A stretch of DNA of 64,000 nucleotides from Phoronis australis. Taxonomy: Eukaryota > Animalia > Phoronida. The stretch spans positions 103,025 to 167,024 of the forward strand of contig NMRA01000725.1 of NCBI GenBank assembly GCA_002633005.1, written 5' to 3'. Below, piece by piece: positions 24,801 to 35,088 of this stretch (positions are counted from its first letter, which is position 1; the number at the start of each line of letters is the position of its first letter). Below the pieces are notes generated by a model. It was not told the origin of the DNA. It saw nothing but the letters and a program-made list of their open reading frames with translations, and ran no database searches. The translations under genes and the position numbers were made by a program.

Positions 24801-27797
24801 GCATCTTATTAGTGTTCAGCGTCTCTTTGCACAGAAATCTGAGTTCAAACTATTTCTTTTGAGAACGTGAGTCGTCGAAATGAAAAGTTATTTTTAACAG
24901 TAAGCAATTTTATAGCAGGTTTGAAAAACGTGCTGAAGAATAAGTTCCGCCGTGTAACCCTTATCGACTTTCAACCTACCTTCAATGCAAGCTCGCACTT
25001 GCTCAGCACTTCAATGTCCACTGTCGCTTTTATGTGCGGACCAGAGACTTCTTCCGAGGCGCCAGTCAAAGCGGTAATGAAGCTGGAGTCGTAAAAGAAC
25101 TCATATGTCCTGCCGGATATGTAATTGAACTTGCTCGACTCTGTAAGCAAGGCAAAGAGAGTAGCCTACCCCTATGCGAGAAAAAGTCTCACTTGTAACC
25201 TCGGTCTAGTAAGCTAAGCTCGCTTTTGTACAACGCAAGGAAATATGAATTGTCATTTATTTTAATTAAGATATCAAAATTTCGAAGACAATTTTCATAG
25301 GCCTCTACACATCTTTAAAGCTATGATGTTACATGTATATATTGGAACATTCTGCATCGTCAACCTTCAGTGTCAAGATGTAGTATCAAAATTTCTGTTA
25401 TCTATAACCTGAATAGTCGTTGCACACTACATCTAGAGGTCCCTAGAACATCCATATCGGATAAACACTGATAGAATGCACTATACTGTAGCAAGGTATG
25501 TAGTTCAGGGGCGAAGAAAAGTACGTGGTTGACTAAATAATATACAAACACCATTCAAGATCTTTACATTTAAGAAGTCTATTTATGTTAACGACAAAAC
25601 ATTGAAAGGACTCTACATGTATTTTCCAATCTGATTTCAGTACGCAGCGTTGACATTTCTGATTCGCCAAGCATTTGACACAAATCTTGATTTGTTCAAG
25701 TCTTAATATAGTGACATCCGCATCATTTATCATCAGTTTGTTATCAACAAAGATTTTTAAGGGCCTGCTATAAATTTTGAAGCCCAGATGTATGTAGTTA
25801 TCGCCAAGGCTCTAAGCGACATTAGAAATATACGAACTCCGACTGTCAACTTTCCTTTACGTAGGATGCCATGATCCCGGACAAGGGTTCACTGAGATCC
25901 TAATTAGATCTTAATTGTTACAATTAAAGCGGCTTTCGGTCTACGTGTTGAATTATTTTGTACTTACCAGGGCACACTTGTGAGCATTTGCGTTTGTTTG
26001 CTTCTAAGCTAACTTTATTTAACGAGCCTGGAACAGATACACAAACAAACCATTCAGCGGAAGTTGTGATGGCAGCAGGGTGCAACATATTCGGGTACAA
26101 ATTCTTAGGTAGAGATAGTCAAGAAAAAATGGACGAGAGTTATTTCGCCAAAATATTCAGCTCGTGCATTCAAACCGAAAGTCTAAAGATTGTATACATC
26201 GATTAAGGTGCTCAATTGACATTATCGACTGGAAAAGGGGTTTGTTTTCTGAGAACAATCTGAATACGGAATAGAACTCCCAATCTCAACAGCAGGACTG
26301 CAATTCAATTCTTTGCTAGAGCCAGACCCTAGTGAAGTTTACCTGGTAAAGTAACCGGCATTGATTTCAACGAGTGGCTGGCAGACAACGACGAAAATTG
26401 GTGATTTGTAATGAAATCCCCTAACATCAGATTTTGCTGTTTTGTTGCTTTGGTCAAAACCAGTAACTTCAAGAAGCCAATCTCATCCAAAAATAATCTC
26501 AAAAACTACATTTTTCTTCCTTAAATTCTATTGTGTCTCTTTAAAGGCCTACTATGTTGCCAAAATGACTATTGTAATATTTAAAATATATGTTTTAATG
26601 GAAACACCACCATACCCCAGTCGTTAGTTAAGTAGGTCCATTTCTACACAGCAGTCCCATCACGAACCCCATTTAGCGCCAAAACTGAAACGAGGCTCCC
26701 ACCAGTCAAAGCTTATGACATCATCGACACAACGAAATTTCGTTTTCACCGCGTCTCTATCGTAACACGAAGCGTCGAACTTCCCACTCCAGATCTTGTA
26801 GCCAGCTAGCTATCGTCAAAATACAGCTAGGTACCACTTAGCCTTGGTGCAATGCTGTATACTAACTATAAAGATTTACGCAGATGTGGGTCAAAAATGG
26901 CAAATAAAATCTAAAACAAAATTAGTGTTATTAAAAACTTGATTAATTCTTGAGTAAACTACATTTTTTACCGGTGTTGGAAAAAGTGGCGTTCTACCGT
27001 TATTTTGCTGCTAAATTTGTGGTGCGATCTTTTGGGTCATCTTTCGGCGACATGAAATTTTTTGTTACCTATTGGCCAGTTTCTTTTTTCCCCGATTCTC
27101 CATTCACGAAATTGTTCTTCTTCCATGTGTCACAACAAATTATCGGAACTGCTTTCATTTCATTTCGTTTCAATTTTTTTAGTATTCTAATGCCATTAAA
27201 CAGAAATTCAGAATAATTTTTGCTTTTCCGAAGCTGTCATCATCTCAAGAGAGATGTCGCATAATTTTAGGAAATGGCGCATGCGCGTGTCACGAGCATA
27301 CTGTTTTCAAAACGACAACAGACTTTTCACTGTTACAAAAGTCGGAGAATTATGCAACAAAATGACGTTTATTGGATTGTTTTTCACGTAAACGGCTGCA
27401 ACGGGCAAGGTGAGTGTCGGTTGACTCCCAGATTTTGCATGTACCCCGGCAGGTCGTTAGCTCTAGATGTTTATATAAGTTTCACGACCAGGTGGCGAGC
27501 AGGACTACCTGGACTGTGTAAAATTTCGGGGCCTAACGCAGCTCAACACACAGATACTAGCCGCATTTTGACTATGATAGTCTTCATACAGCTAGCTGGC
27601 TGGCTAGGTACAGTGTACTACAGCGAACGGATTTGAGCTCTTTCAACAGAATTGTACAAATCTACCAATGCGATGTGAATGTGATCCAGAAATGTAAAAA
27701 ATAAAAAGTGGAAAAATCTTACCTTGCATGAAATTAAGTTCATACCTGCATGCGCTCCGGTCAAAATGGCTACGAACACCAATGTTTTCCACTCCAT
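9636..27797 (-). CDS. Apolipophorin-II/I-like large lipid transfer protein gene (vitellogenin/apoB superfamily), 19 exons, 3'-incomplete
   Basis: Signal peptide, Vitellogenin_N motifs (KFNYISGRTYEF, LRFAFQDG, NIKRGVLSALQ, TDVAGNC), alpha-helical domain (LKALGNTG, IRAHAYLAVM), KFSRNYEKS...SYVPRSATVNL, RKRR at ~aa 720. All introns are GT-AG with consistent phases; 8389 nt of CDS traced. No vWD domain or stop codon within the traced part. Confidence 0.88.
9944..14284 (-). CDS. Apolipophorin exon 18, giant 4341-bp beta-rich repeat exon
   Basis: 1447 uninterrupted codons; ttttag| acceptor, cag|gttggt donor; recurrent [T/S]P[F/W/Y/H] motifs. Confidence 0.9.
14835..15048 (-). CDS. Apolipophorin exon 17
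   Basis: aag|...|gtagg; LKFPGL; phase 2-0. Confidence 0.78.
15884..16276. mobile_element. 393-bp MITE, PIF/Harbinger-like
   Basis: TIRs GGCCCGATCTCTAAT / ATTAGAGACCGGGCC with 3-bp TSD CAG (15881-15883, 16277-16279). Confidence 0.65.
16332..16557 (-). CDS. Apolipophorin exon 16
   Basis: acag|...|gtgag; open frame; phase 1-2. Confidence 0.78.
16871..17128 (-). CDS. Apolipophorin exon 15
   Basis: cag|...|gttag; open frame; phase 1-1. Confidence 0.8.
17433..17866 (-). CDS. Apolipophorin exon 14
   Basis: LGIRLCGE...APFFPLTGP...FNTPGS; phase 2-1. Confidence 0.85.
18060..18290. repeat. Degenerate intronic tandem repeat
   Basis: Repeated ttcttgaatcaccagt...tacaaaactagacta.agtcat...gttgataggtggcgctgt units. 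Confidence 0.6.
18348..18527 (-). CDS. Apolipophorin exon 13
   Basis: SGAVEVSSVMTVDA; phase 2-2. Confidence 0.85.
18694..18899 (-). CDS. Apolipophorin exon 12
   Basis: FLDTSLIVPTMIGLPLNL; phase 0-2. Confidence 0.85.
19154..19294 (-). CDS. Apolipophorin exon 11
   Basis: SVKVFGNEI; phase 0-0. Confidence 0.82.
19616..20194 (-). CDS. Apolipophorin exon 10 (contains RKRR)
   Basis: IRAHAYLAVM, NQIGTFVWTHL, KFSRNYE, YVPRSA, FFGPNGYF; phase 0-0. Confidence 0.9.
20440..20772 (-). CDS. Apolipophorin exon 9
   Basis: LKALGNTG...IRVAAIQAFRR; phase 0-0. Confidence 0.88.
20885..21736. mobile_element. Repeat family A copy 1 (non-autonomous; tRNA-derived module, terminal hairpin)
   Basis: Highly similar to 28654-29480, 58483-59320 and 60963-61626. 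Ends ttataccaca... and ...catgtaataatcta. Confidence 0.85.
22065..22230 (-). CDS. Apolipophorin exon 8
   Basis: KYFLDAVPSCGT...WLNSLAF; phase 2-0. Confidence 0.85.
22717..22975 (-). CDS. Apolipophorin exon 7
   Basis: DLRFEH...PRMFANLVYKMRRL; phase 1-2. Confidence 0.8.
23224..23422 (-). CDS. Apolipophorin exon 6
   Basis: IQSMPLMKSSHNC...CKEVHTFRPFS; phase 0-1. Confidence 0.85.
23726..23878 (-). CDS. Apolipophorin exon 5
   Basis: TDVAGNCEVNY...PYRVPS; phase 0-0. Confidence 0.85.
24093..24341 (-). CDS. Apolipophorin exon 4
   Basis: LRFAFQDGKVAELC...NIKRGVLSALQN; phase 0-0. Confidence 0.88.
24980..25140 (-). CDS. Apolipophorin exon 3
   Basis: ESSKFNYISGRTYEFFY...LSKCELALK; phase 1-0. Confidence 0.85.
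25968..26027 (-). CDS. Apolipophorin exon 2
   Basis: ccag|...|gtaagt; GSLNKVSLEANKRKCSQVCP; phase 1-1. Confidence 0.65.
27746..27797 (-). CDS. Apolipophorin exon 1 (signal peptide MEWKTLVFVAILTGAHA)
   Basis: ATG, hydrophobic core, AHA cleavage-like end, G|gtatg donor (phase 1). Confidence 0.75.
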
Positions 27798-28653
27798 GTC
27801 ATGGGCCCGAAAAATGAACTTCTCTTCTGAACTTCTTTGGGTGCAAGGCTGAGATCAAATACCACGACAAAGTTCAAGGTCTAAGTTTACTGGATTCTTA
27901 ACCATGTTGATCTCGACGTAAATTGCGATATCTTTGCTGTACATAAAAACAGATAGCGAATTAACCCAATAGTTTGCATGGTAGTCGGTGTTGTCTCCTT
28001 GAATCTGTTCAAGGGAGTCAGTAGCCTGTAGGTGAATTGGATTCCGAAAGGGTTCAACTGGAGCTCTTTAGCCAGAGCGTTTTTGAGACATAACTATAAC
28101 ATAACTATAACACAACAGAAAATCTAAAAAATTCACTTCCATTAGATATAGAATTTTTTCTAAAGGGCTTTTAGTAGTCAAAATTCGGTCTGCGACGCCG
28201 ACGGCTTATTGTGATTTGACCCTACGCACAAAAAATACTTATCGATGTAAAGAGAACTCTTCGCAAAGTTGATTTTTGTAAAGTTGAAGAGGCTTTGGCA
28301 CCTTTCATTTAGTTACACAAGAGGTATTTCTCCTGGCAAAGTATTATTTAGTAATATTTTTCATAAGGGTTGTCATGGTAAAGAATTGTAATTTTTAATA
28401 TGCTCCGGGTAAGACTTACCACCAAAATAATTATGTGATTTTCTAAAAACTGGTGAACTTTCATTATATAGTAGGTTTCGTCACACCTATCGTATTAGTC
28501 ATACCCAAACCACCAAACATTATTACGTCGGGTACATGGTGGCTTAAATTACCAACTGTGTGTGCTAAAGTGACAGGAATTTGCGCGAAAAACATAAGGA
28601 ATGTCAAATGTGGAGTTCGTTCTACTTGTTGTTGTGTCTATTCGTACAATGCT

Positions 28654-29480
28654 TTATACCACAATATTAGCCTCGAGTGGCAGATACAACCGCGTAATAA
28701 CCCATAAAGTTATCTCACTAGTGAGATAACATTTTGGCGGGAAACCGAGGCCGGATTCAAACCCGGGCCTCAAGAGTTTCGAGTCGCCGTCTTTACCACT
28801 ACACCTCTCAGCGACTGACGTCATCGAACGTGAAAATAGAATACTTAAATGAGCATGCGCAACAATCGCATGTTCAGCAAAGAGCATTGCACCGACATTT
28901 ATACGCTATGAAAAATAAGACGCATAATTTCCATAAAAACGATATTATAATTCAGTGAAATTTTTCTCTCGTGTTCTCTCACTTGTAAATCACTGTTTTC
29001 CAATTTGAATGCGGGTATCGTGTCGTCGGGATCCTTTGACTTGAGCATTATAGTCAGTTACTAGTGGTAACTTACTTTAGCAGACGATATTTTCCCGGTC
29101 GAAGCTTAGCGTGATAAAATGTGTAGTAAGCTATAATAGTTGCTAAACCTTAATTTATGTATTCACTTTATTTCTATTTTGTTTAAATTTTCAAATGGTT
29201 TTGAGTATAAGCAGTATTTGACAAAAATAGCTCTGCTCTTCTTAAAAGGTCACGACCCCCGACCCCGGGCCTCTGACATAGAAAGTAGTTACAAAGCCGC
29301 GGCGAGTCGAGAAAGGTAGATCGATTCATTGCAATGTTTCTCGTTCAGTATGTGGTATAAATAGATTATTACATGTTCTCAGTCGTTATCCCCCTTATCT
29401 AGAGCCCTCGGGCGATAATTCTCCAAAATCCACTCGGGCTCTAGATAACGGGGATAACGACTTCGCCATGTAATAATCTA
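28654..29480. mobile_element. Repeat family A copy 2
   Basis: Full-length homolog of copy 1. Minus-strand A-box (ggtgtagtggt) and B-box (ggtttgaatcc) at ~28740-28812. Confidence 0.85.
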
Positions 29481-31931
29481 CATTTATGCCACTAAGAATT
29501 TAATCTCAAAAAGTGTTATTTATAATAATTCAGACCAACATCAATGTAATTGTGATCATACTGCTCCTATGCAACTTGACAGTACTCTCTTGGATTACTT
29601 TCCGTTAAGTCTTTTAAATATTTTGCAATATGATTTCAGACACGTTTTGCGTACAAGCACATTTTTAGTTTCCGCATGTTCATGGTTAGATAGTTTTAAA
29701 CTTTTAAGAAGTGACAATCAATAATGTTTTGAACCGCGGATGAACTTATATAGTTCCCCAATTTCATCAAAATTTGGCGGCTATTGGGTAGACTGGGCAT
29801 TTTCAGATTTTAAGGCCACGTCTGTGAATAGCATTTGTTTGACTGACACCCGTTTAGTTATATTATATGTTGCGTTAATTACAATTAGCATTCATAATAT
29901 CAAATATTTTTTCTCAGCGCTGTATGAAAACATATAAACATTTTTGTGTATCAGGTTTTGCTTGTCATACAAACCAGTGGTTTGGATGTTCATCCTCTGT
30001 AGGACAAGACAGTGCTCGCAATGTACAACGAAGCCAATTAATACTGTTGAAGATGTTTATTGATGGTTCATTACCATACTGCATGAATTTCATTTAACAG
30101 GTCCATCAGAGAACGGTAATTTTTGTAGTCGGCATTGTGCCTCAGTGTAGTACCGGTGAACAGTCTGTAGCCTACATATCACATTTTTGGTTGTTTTAAC
30201 AATATTTTATTAATTAAGCTGGTCTCCAACGCTTAAAACGCTGGAGTTACACCAAGGAGTGTAGTATTATAGTAGGTCCTATTCCGCCATCTTGCCATTC
30301 GCCGCAATGGTTAGGATGCACAGAACAGTTCTCACAGGGTTTTGCCTATCAGAACACACGTCTATGGACTCTTCACCCTTTCTTCACTCTGTCAAAAACT
30401 ATATGCAAATAAAGATAAGTTTTGAGCCATTTCACATCACAAGCCCTACACATGAGCACAGAAATTTTATCCTTTCTTGTAATTTTGACCCTTTCACTCC
30501 CACTGAAAACCAAGCTAGACTAAGAAAAATAGGGGCAAAAATATGCAAAATCGGCACTTTTCACCCCAAAACCACCACTTCCCTGCCAATACTCGACTAA
30601 AGCTAACATTAGATTCCGAAAGCAAATTTCCAACCAATTCCAGAAATGTGGTCCAATAGTACGGTCAACCAACTAGTTTTTTGCAAATCTGGCTTGTTTG
30701 AGGGCTAACTGAAATCGCGGCAAATTTCTCAGTTGCTACACAACAAAGCACAAATGCAACAGGGGTCACCATCTTGAAGAAGAGTGCAGCTACAACCGAG
30801 CAAGTGGCCTTTTTTATTCTCAGCATGTTCACAAACATAAACAAACCACATTCACTGAGTCTACATGCAATGCCTACCTACAAAATGCCTCCAAACTTGG
30901 CCTACCCCAAAATTTAAATATTTTGGGAGTGCAAACTGGCCGCGGCCGCTGCCTAACTTTTCAATGCCACGTTAGCTGTCGAGAAACTAGCGGCGAATAA
31001 GCAAAACTAATTTAGCGGCGGTAGTCCGAATAAAGTGAACACTGATAAACTCATATTTTAATGACGTTTGACGTGCTATAAAATTATTATGTGATTAAAA
31101 ATGGGTGAAATACCTATGCTTACGTTCACTTATAAACAAATGAGAACGAAAATGTGTAAGAGAAAAGCAAAATGTTTGCTTTCATTCTCTTGAAGCTCCC
31201 GTCATGGTTTTGTTTCATGTTTGAATTTTTAATAAGGCAAATTAACGTAACTTCCTAATTACATTTCATACCTCCATGGACTACATAATTTCAGCGATTG
31301 CTCTTGGGGGTTAAGGGGGTGTTGATGCTCTCCCAGGGGGTGCATGGGAGGAGTGCAAAACCAAGGGGTTTGTCACATGGGTGTTCAGCGCCTCCCATCG
31401 CCCCAAATTTTGGTTGGTGGACCTCCCTGACCATTGACGATATGTGCTGAGTTGGTTTCGTGCACGCCCTTTTTCTAATGACCAGTGTCCATGCCCCTGT
31501 GGTCATGTCAATACCATCCTGAGTATTTTCGAACTTTTCGTTGCAAGATGCTCCCAGCTCACTGCTCGTTTCATCTTCACCAACAATTTCGCATTTTGTC
31601 CCTAGTGAACGCGCCAGACTACTGGCAATGCAGACAATTGTTTTGTGCAGTGGGTGCTACACAAGTAAGAAGAAAAAAGCAAGACATTTCATCACTACCA
31701 CAACATTTTAATCCATTCTGATGCAATCTCACATGTAATTTTAGAACATCCCATTATTTCTTAGGGACATGTCAGTACAGGGTAAACTTCCCACTTTTCC
31801 CCTACAATAACCAATATTTGCAAGTCAGTTGTTAATCTACAGAATAGCTCACATTTTTAAAACGTATTAACATTGGGTAAATCATCACTCATAAAATATT
31901 ATAAGAGGTACTGAAGAGCGATCAAAGTATT

Positions 31932-32001
31932 CACACAACTTCGCACACAACTTCGCACACAACTTCGCACACAACTTCGCACACAACTTCGCACACAACT
32001 T
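31932..32001. repeat. 12-bp minisatellite (cacacaacttcg) x ~5.8
   Basis: Perfect tandem units read directly. Confidence 0.95.
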
Positions 32002-33529
32002 GATATACTGCGTCATTTTATCTTCACTTGAGAATGAAACAAGTATGTTTCGAGATATCGTATGTCTTTTAATTATGTCGCTAGGACAGTTACTGTATCT
32101 ATGTTCAGTTGAGAGTAGAGTTTTGTTCCGTAAGTATGAACGCAACGGAATAAAGACTGTAAACAATGAAAAGTGTCGTGCATTTAACAAATTCTGTATA
32201 ACTTGATATAAATGAACTGAAATGAGCCTGACCACGTGATCATATCTGTCACCCAGCCACAGCTGGGGCTTATGTTAGTCGCAATCACCGAAAACGTAAA
32301 AAACAAGGAGGAAAAAACAAACAAAACAAGAAAATATGACCAACCTTTCTCATTCTCTGTTAATTCACTAGTAAACAACAACTCTTCGCCTAAGAAATAC
32401 GTTATAAATACAGCTGGGGCTGGGCTGGTCTTGGTTCGTGTTTGAGTTTTTAATAAGGCAACGTACCTTTCCTAATTACATTTGATACCTTCATGGACAA
32501 CAAAATTTTAGTGATTGCTCTTTGGGAGCTGAGGGGGTAGTTGTCCCTAGGTGACAGCGGAAAAGGGGTACATGGGAGGAGTGAAAAACAGGTAAAAAAA
32601 CACAAGAGGGCGCAAAATGGGTGTCACGAACCCTTCTCAGAGGGTTACATGTGAGGAGTACTAAACAGGTAAAACCATGTGGGCGTCAAATAGGTTTTGA
32701 CCTTCTCCTAGGGGAGTGCCAACCAAGTAAAACCAAGGGGTGTGCCACATGGGTGTTGAGCCCCTCCCATCGTCACTGACAGATTTTGGTTGCTTAACAG
32801 GGCTTGGAATGATCTGTGACAAAAAAGAGGATTTTTACAGCCCCAAATACACATTGCATTCTAAACAACCATACCTCAACATATCGAAAGTAAATATTAT
32901 CATCACAAGATGACCTGTAATTGTGTCGTGGCGGCAATACGCACTCATTTTTAGCAGTACCTGACATCTATTTAAGCAACAACAATGAACGCAATTAGAT
33001 GCAACAAAAGATAATTTTTTTAAATTAAAATAACAAAGGTGATGATGCAAAATTTGCAGTGGGAGTGACAGAAGATTATTCTTGATTTGCTGCAGGGAAA
33101 CATATAAAATTATTTTCAGTTCATATAATTATGATACAAAATTATAAAAAAATGAAAATTGATCCAGAGAAAAGCCTCAGTGAAATACATACACATTTAA
33201 TTCCAACAAAAAATTAAATTCATCGCAAATGGAAAAAGTCAAGACGACAACCTGTGGCTCATACCCCAACTATTAGCATGGAAAAATGAAAGTCAAAAAC
33301 AACATACTTTAAACTATAAAATATATCAATCACAATCCTAAGTTGGCCAAATTTTTCAGTTAATTGTTCATAAGCCACGCTGGTGTAGAAGAAACTATGT
33401 GACATAAGAAATAACTACAAGGACATTCACAATAGGCTAGCAGAATTTGTAAACAATGGCTTTGACCAATCAGATTATTCAGAACCTACTATTATTAAAA
33501 TTTTTGGTCTATTTACACCGACTTCTTGT

Positions 33530-33590
33530 CTATTAACACTATCACGACGTTTCGGTCGGTCTATTCTCCGGCCATCGTCAGGTGTTAACA
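33530..33590 (-). ncRNA. Minimal hammerhead ribozyme motif (Penelope/retrozyme type)
   Basis: Minus strand: TTAACAC-CTGACGA-T-GGCCGG-agaataga-CCGACC-GAAA-CGTC-GTG. It has the CUGANGA and GAAA cores, stem II, palindromic ACGT in place of stem III, and a GUC site. Confidence 0.6.
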
Positions 33591-33597
33591 CGTTCTT

Positions 33598-33668
33598 AGG
33601 CAGGATTTGAACCCACGACTTCTGAAACTACAAATAATTCGAGTCCTTAACCACTACACCACGGAGTC
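33598..33668 (-). repeat. tRNA-derived (SINE-like) Pol III head directly upstream of the hammerhead motif
   Basis: A-box TGGTGTAGTGG (33661-33651) and B-box GGTTCAAATCC (33613-33603). No intact cloverleaf. Confidence 0.65.
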
Positions 33669-34671
33669 ATCCACTTACTTAGATGGAATTTTATTATACT
33701 TAAACCTTCCTAAGTAGACTGAGCCAGATGTCATTTGGTTGTTTGCTTGGCAGTCCAGTTGTGAAATAATGTAGTAATAACATCACCGGGAGTTCATAGT
33801 TCTGTATCTGCCGAAAATCAATAAGCGGCAGTTTCAAGTGAAGCGCCCACAGCCGAATGTCAGGTCTTCCGCAATAGAACAATACTGTTCGTCACTCATT
33901 TTAACAAGGAACTTAGCCAACACAAGTTTTAAAATGTTCCAAAGTCGCTACTGCACAATACAGGAACACCGGTTTGTTACCAACATATCACTGCACGACC
34001 AGCTCTGCTGCTTAGCAACTAACATTGAAACAAGTGTTGGCACCCAGAAATGAAACTAGCACGATAAGATACAGTAGCAACCATTTAGTTACAACCAGAA
34101 CACCTCCTCTCCTAAAAAGGGTTGATCTACAGAGCATAATAATGACAGGCAGAAACCAACACCTTATCAAGCATGTAAACGCAAAATGTATAAAAATCAA
34201 CATCTCGGTGGACAATCAGAGACCCCTTTGCCTTTGCGCTTAGTGTGAACAAAATTGAAATTTTATTCCTGAAGAACCAAACTCCAATCCACCAATCCTC
34301 TGTTTTTGTTGTTCATTTTCCACAGAAGAAAAAGCCGAATACAGCTTTTTTTTCGAAACGGGAAGTTGAACTAAAATGATAAGTTTCTGAAGAAACTTCC
34401 GTGTAAAACAATGAATTGGTAACCAGTAACAAATTACAGTGTCCCGGTCTCTGCTGGCAGCGGTCTACATATATGAAAAAATAGAAATTGTCCATTTCCC
34501 GTTTTTTGTTTGGGGGTCTGAACCACTTGTATCCCTCTCAAGGACCCAACTATGCCAAAGGCGTACAAATATCAACATCAATTAGCTGAAAAGTCAAAAT
34601 AATGCAAAGGCGTCCTTCTCAACATCGGAATAATAACTTTGAAGCCAATTTAAAAATGAGCAACAGGATGC

Positions 34672-35088
34672 TCAACTGCCACCACCATCGCCCCCACGCG
34701 GCATCAGTTCTGCCCCAATTACGTCATCGCTAATATCAACAGCCATTGAAAATGAATGACTGTACTCAGCTGATCTGATGACAGGGAGTGACATGCCGTG
34801 GTCTCTAAGAAATACAGCTACAGCCTTCAAAATATCTTCAGTTATCTTGATCCCTTGTCGCGCATCACGTTCTTCAAAGTAGTCGCTGGGAATTCCTTGG
34901 CTGCACACATCCGGGTATCGAAGTTTAGCCGGGTTACCCAGCAGATGTTGAAGGTCACACGCCAAATCCCGAAGCGGTCGAGCTGCAGGCATATCAAGAG
35001 TGGACGCTATGGTAACCAAGTCATGCGTCATAGACTTAAGATTCGCATCAACAGCCAACTGGGCGGCCTTTAACGCCTTTTCTGCCGA
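34672..35088 (-). CDS. Sacsin-like terminal exon (HEPN C-half, stop)
   Basis: tttcag|SAEKALKAAQLAVD...THDL...LRYPD...stop. Confidence 0.88.
   Translation of the reverse strand, partial: SAEKALKAAQLAVDANLKSMTHDLVTIASTLDMPAARPLRDLACDLQHLLGNPAKLRYPDVCSQGIPSDYFEERDARQGIKITEDILKAVAVFLRDHGMSLPVIRSAEYSHSFSMAVDISDDVIGAELMPRGGDGGGS

Noticed and set aside
27718-27745. Alternative exon-1 donor (AAG|gtaag at 27723)
   Set aside because: Gives phase 0, incompatible with the phase-1 downstream exons.
28736-28812. Possible tRNA gene
   Set aside because: A/B boxes are present but there is no convincing cloverleaf, and it is embedded in a dispersed repeat with diverging copies.
31885-32235. ORF with CAKL repeats / CRISPR-like periodicity
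   Set aside because: Translation of a 12-bp minisatellite with no spacers, in a eukaryotic context.
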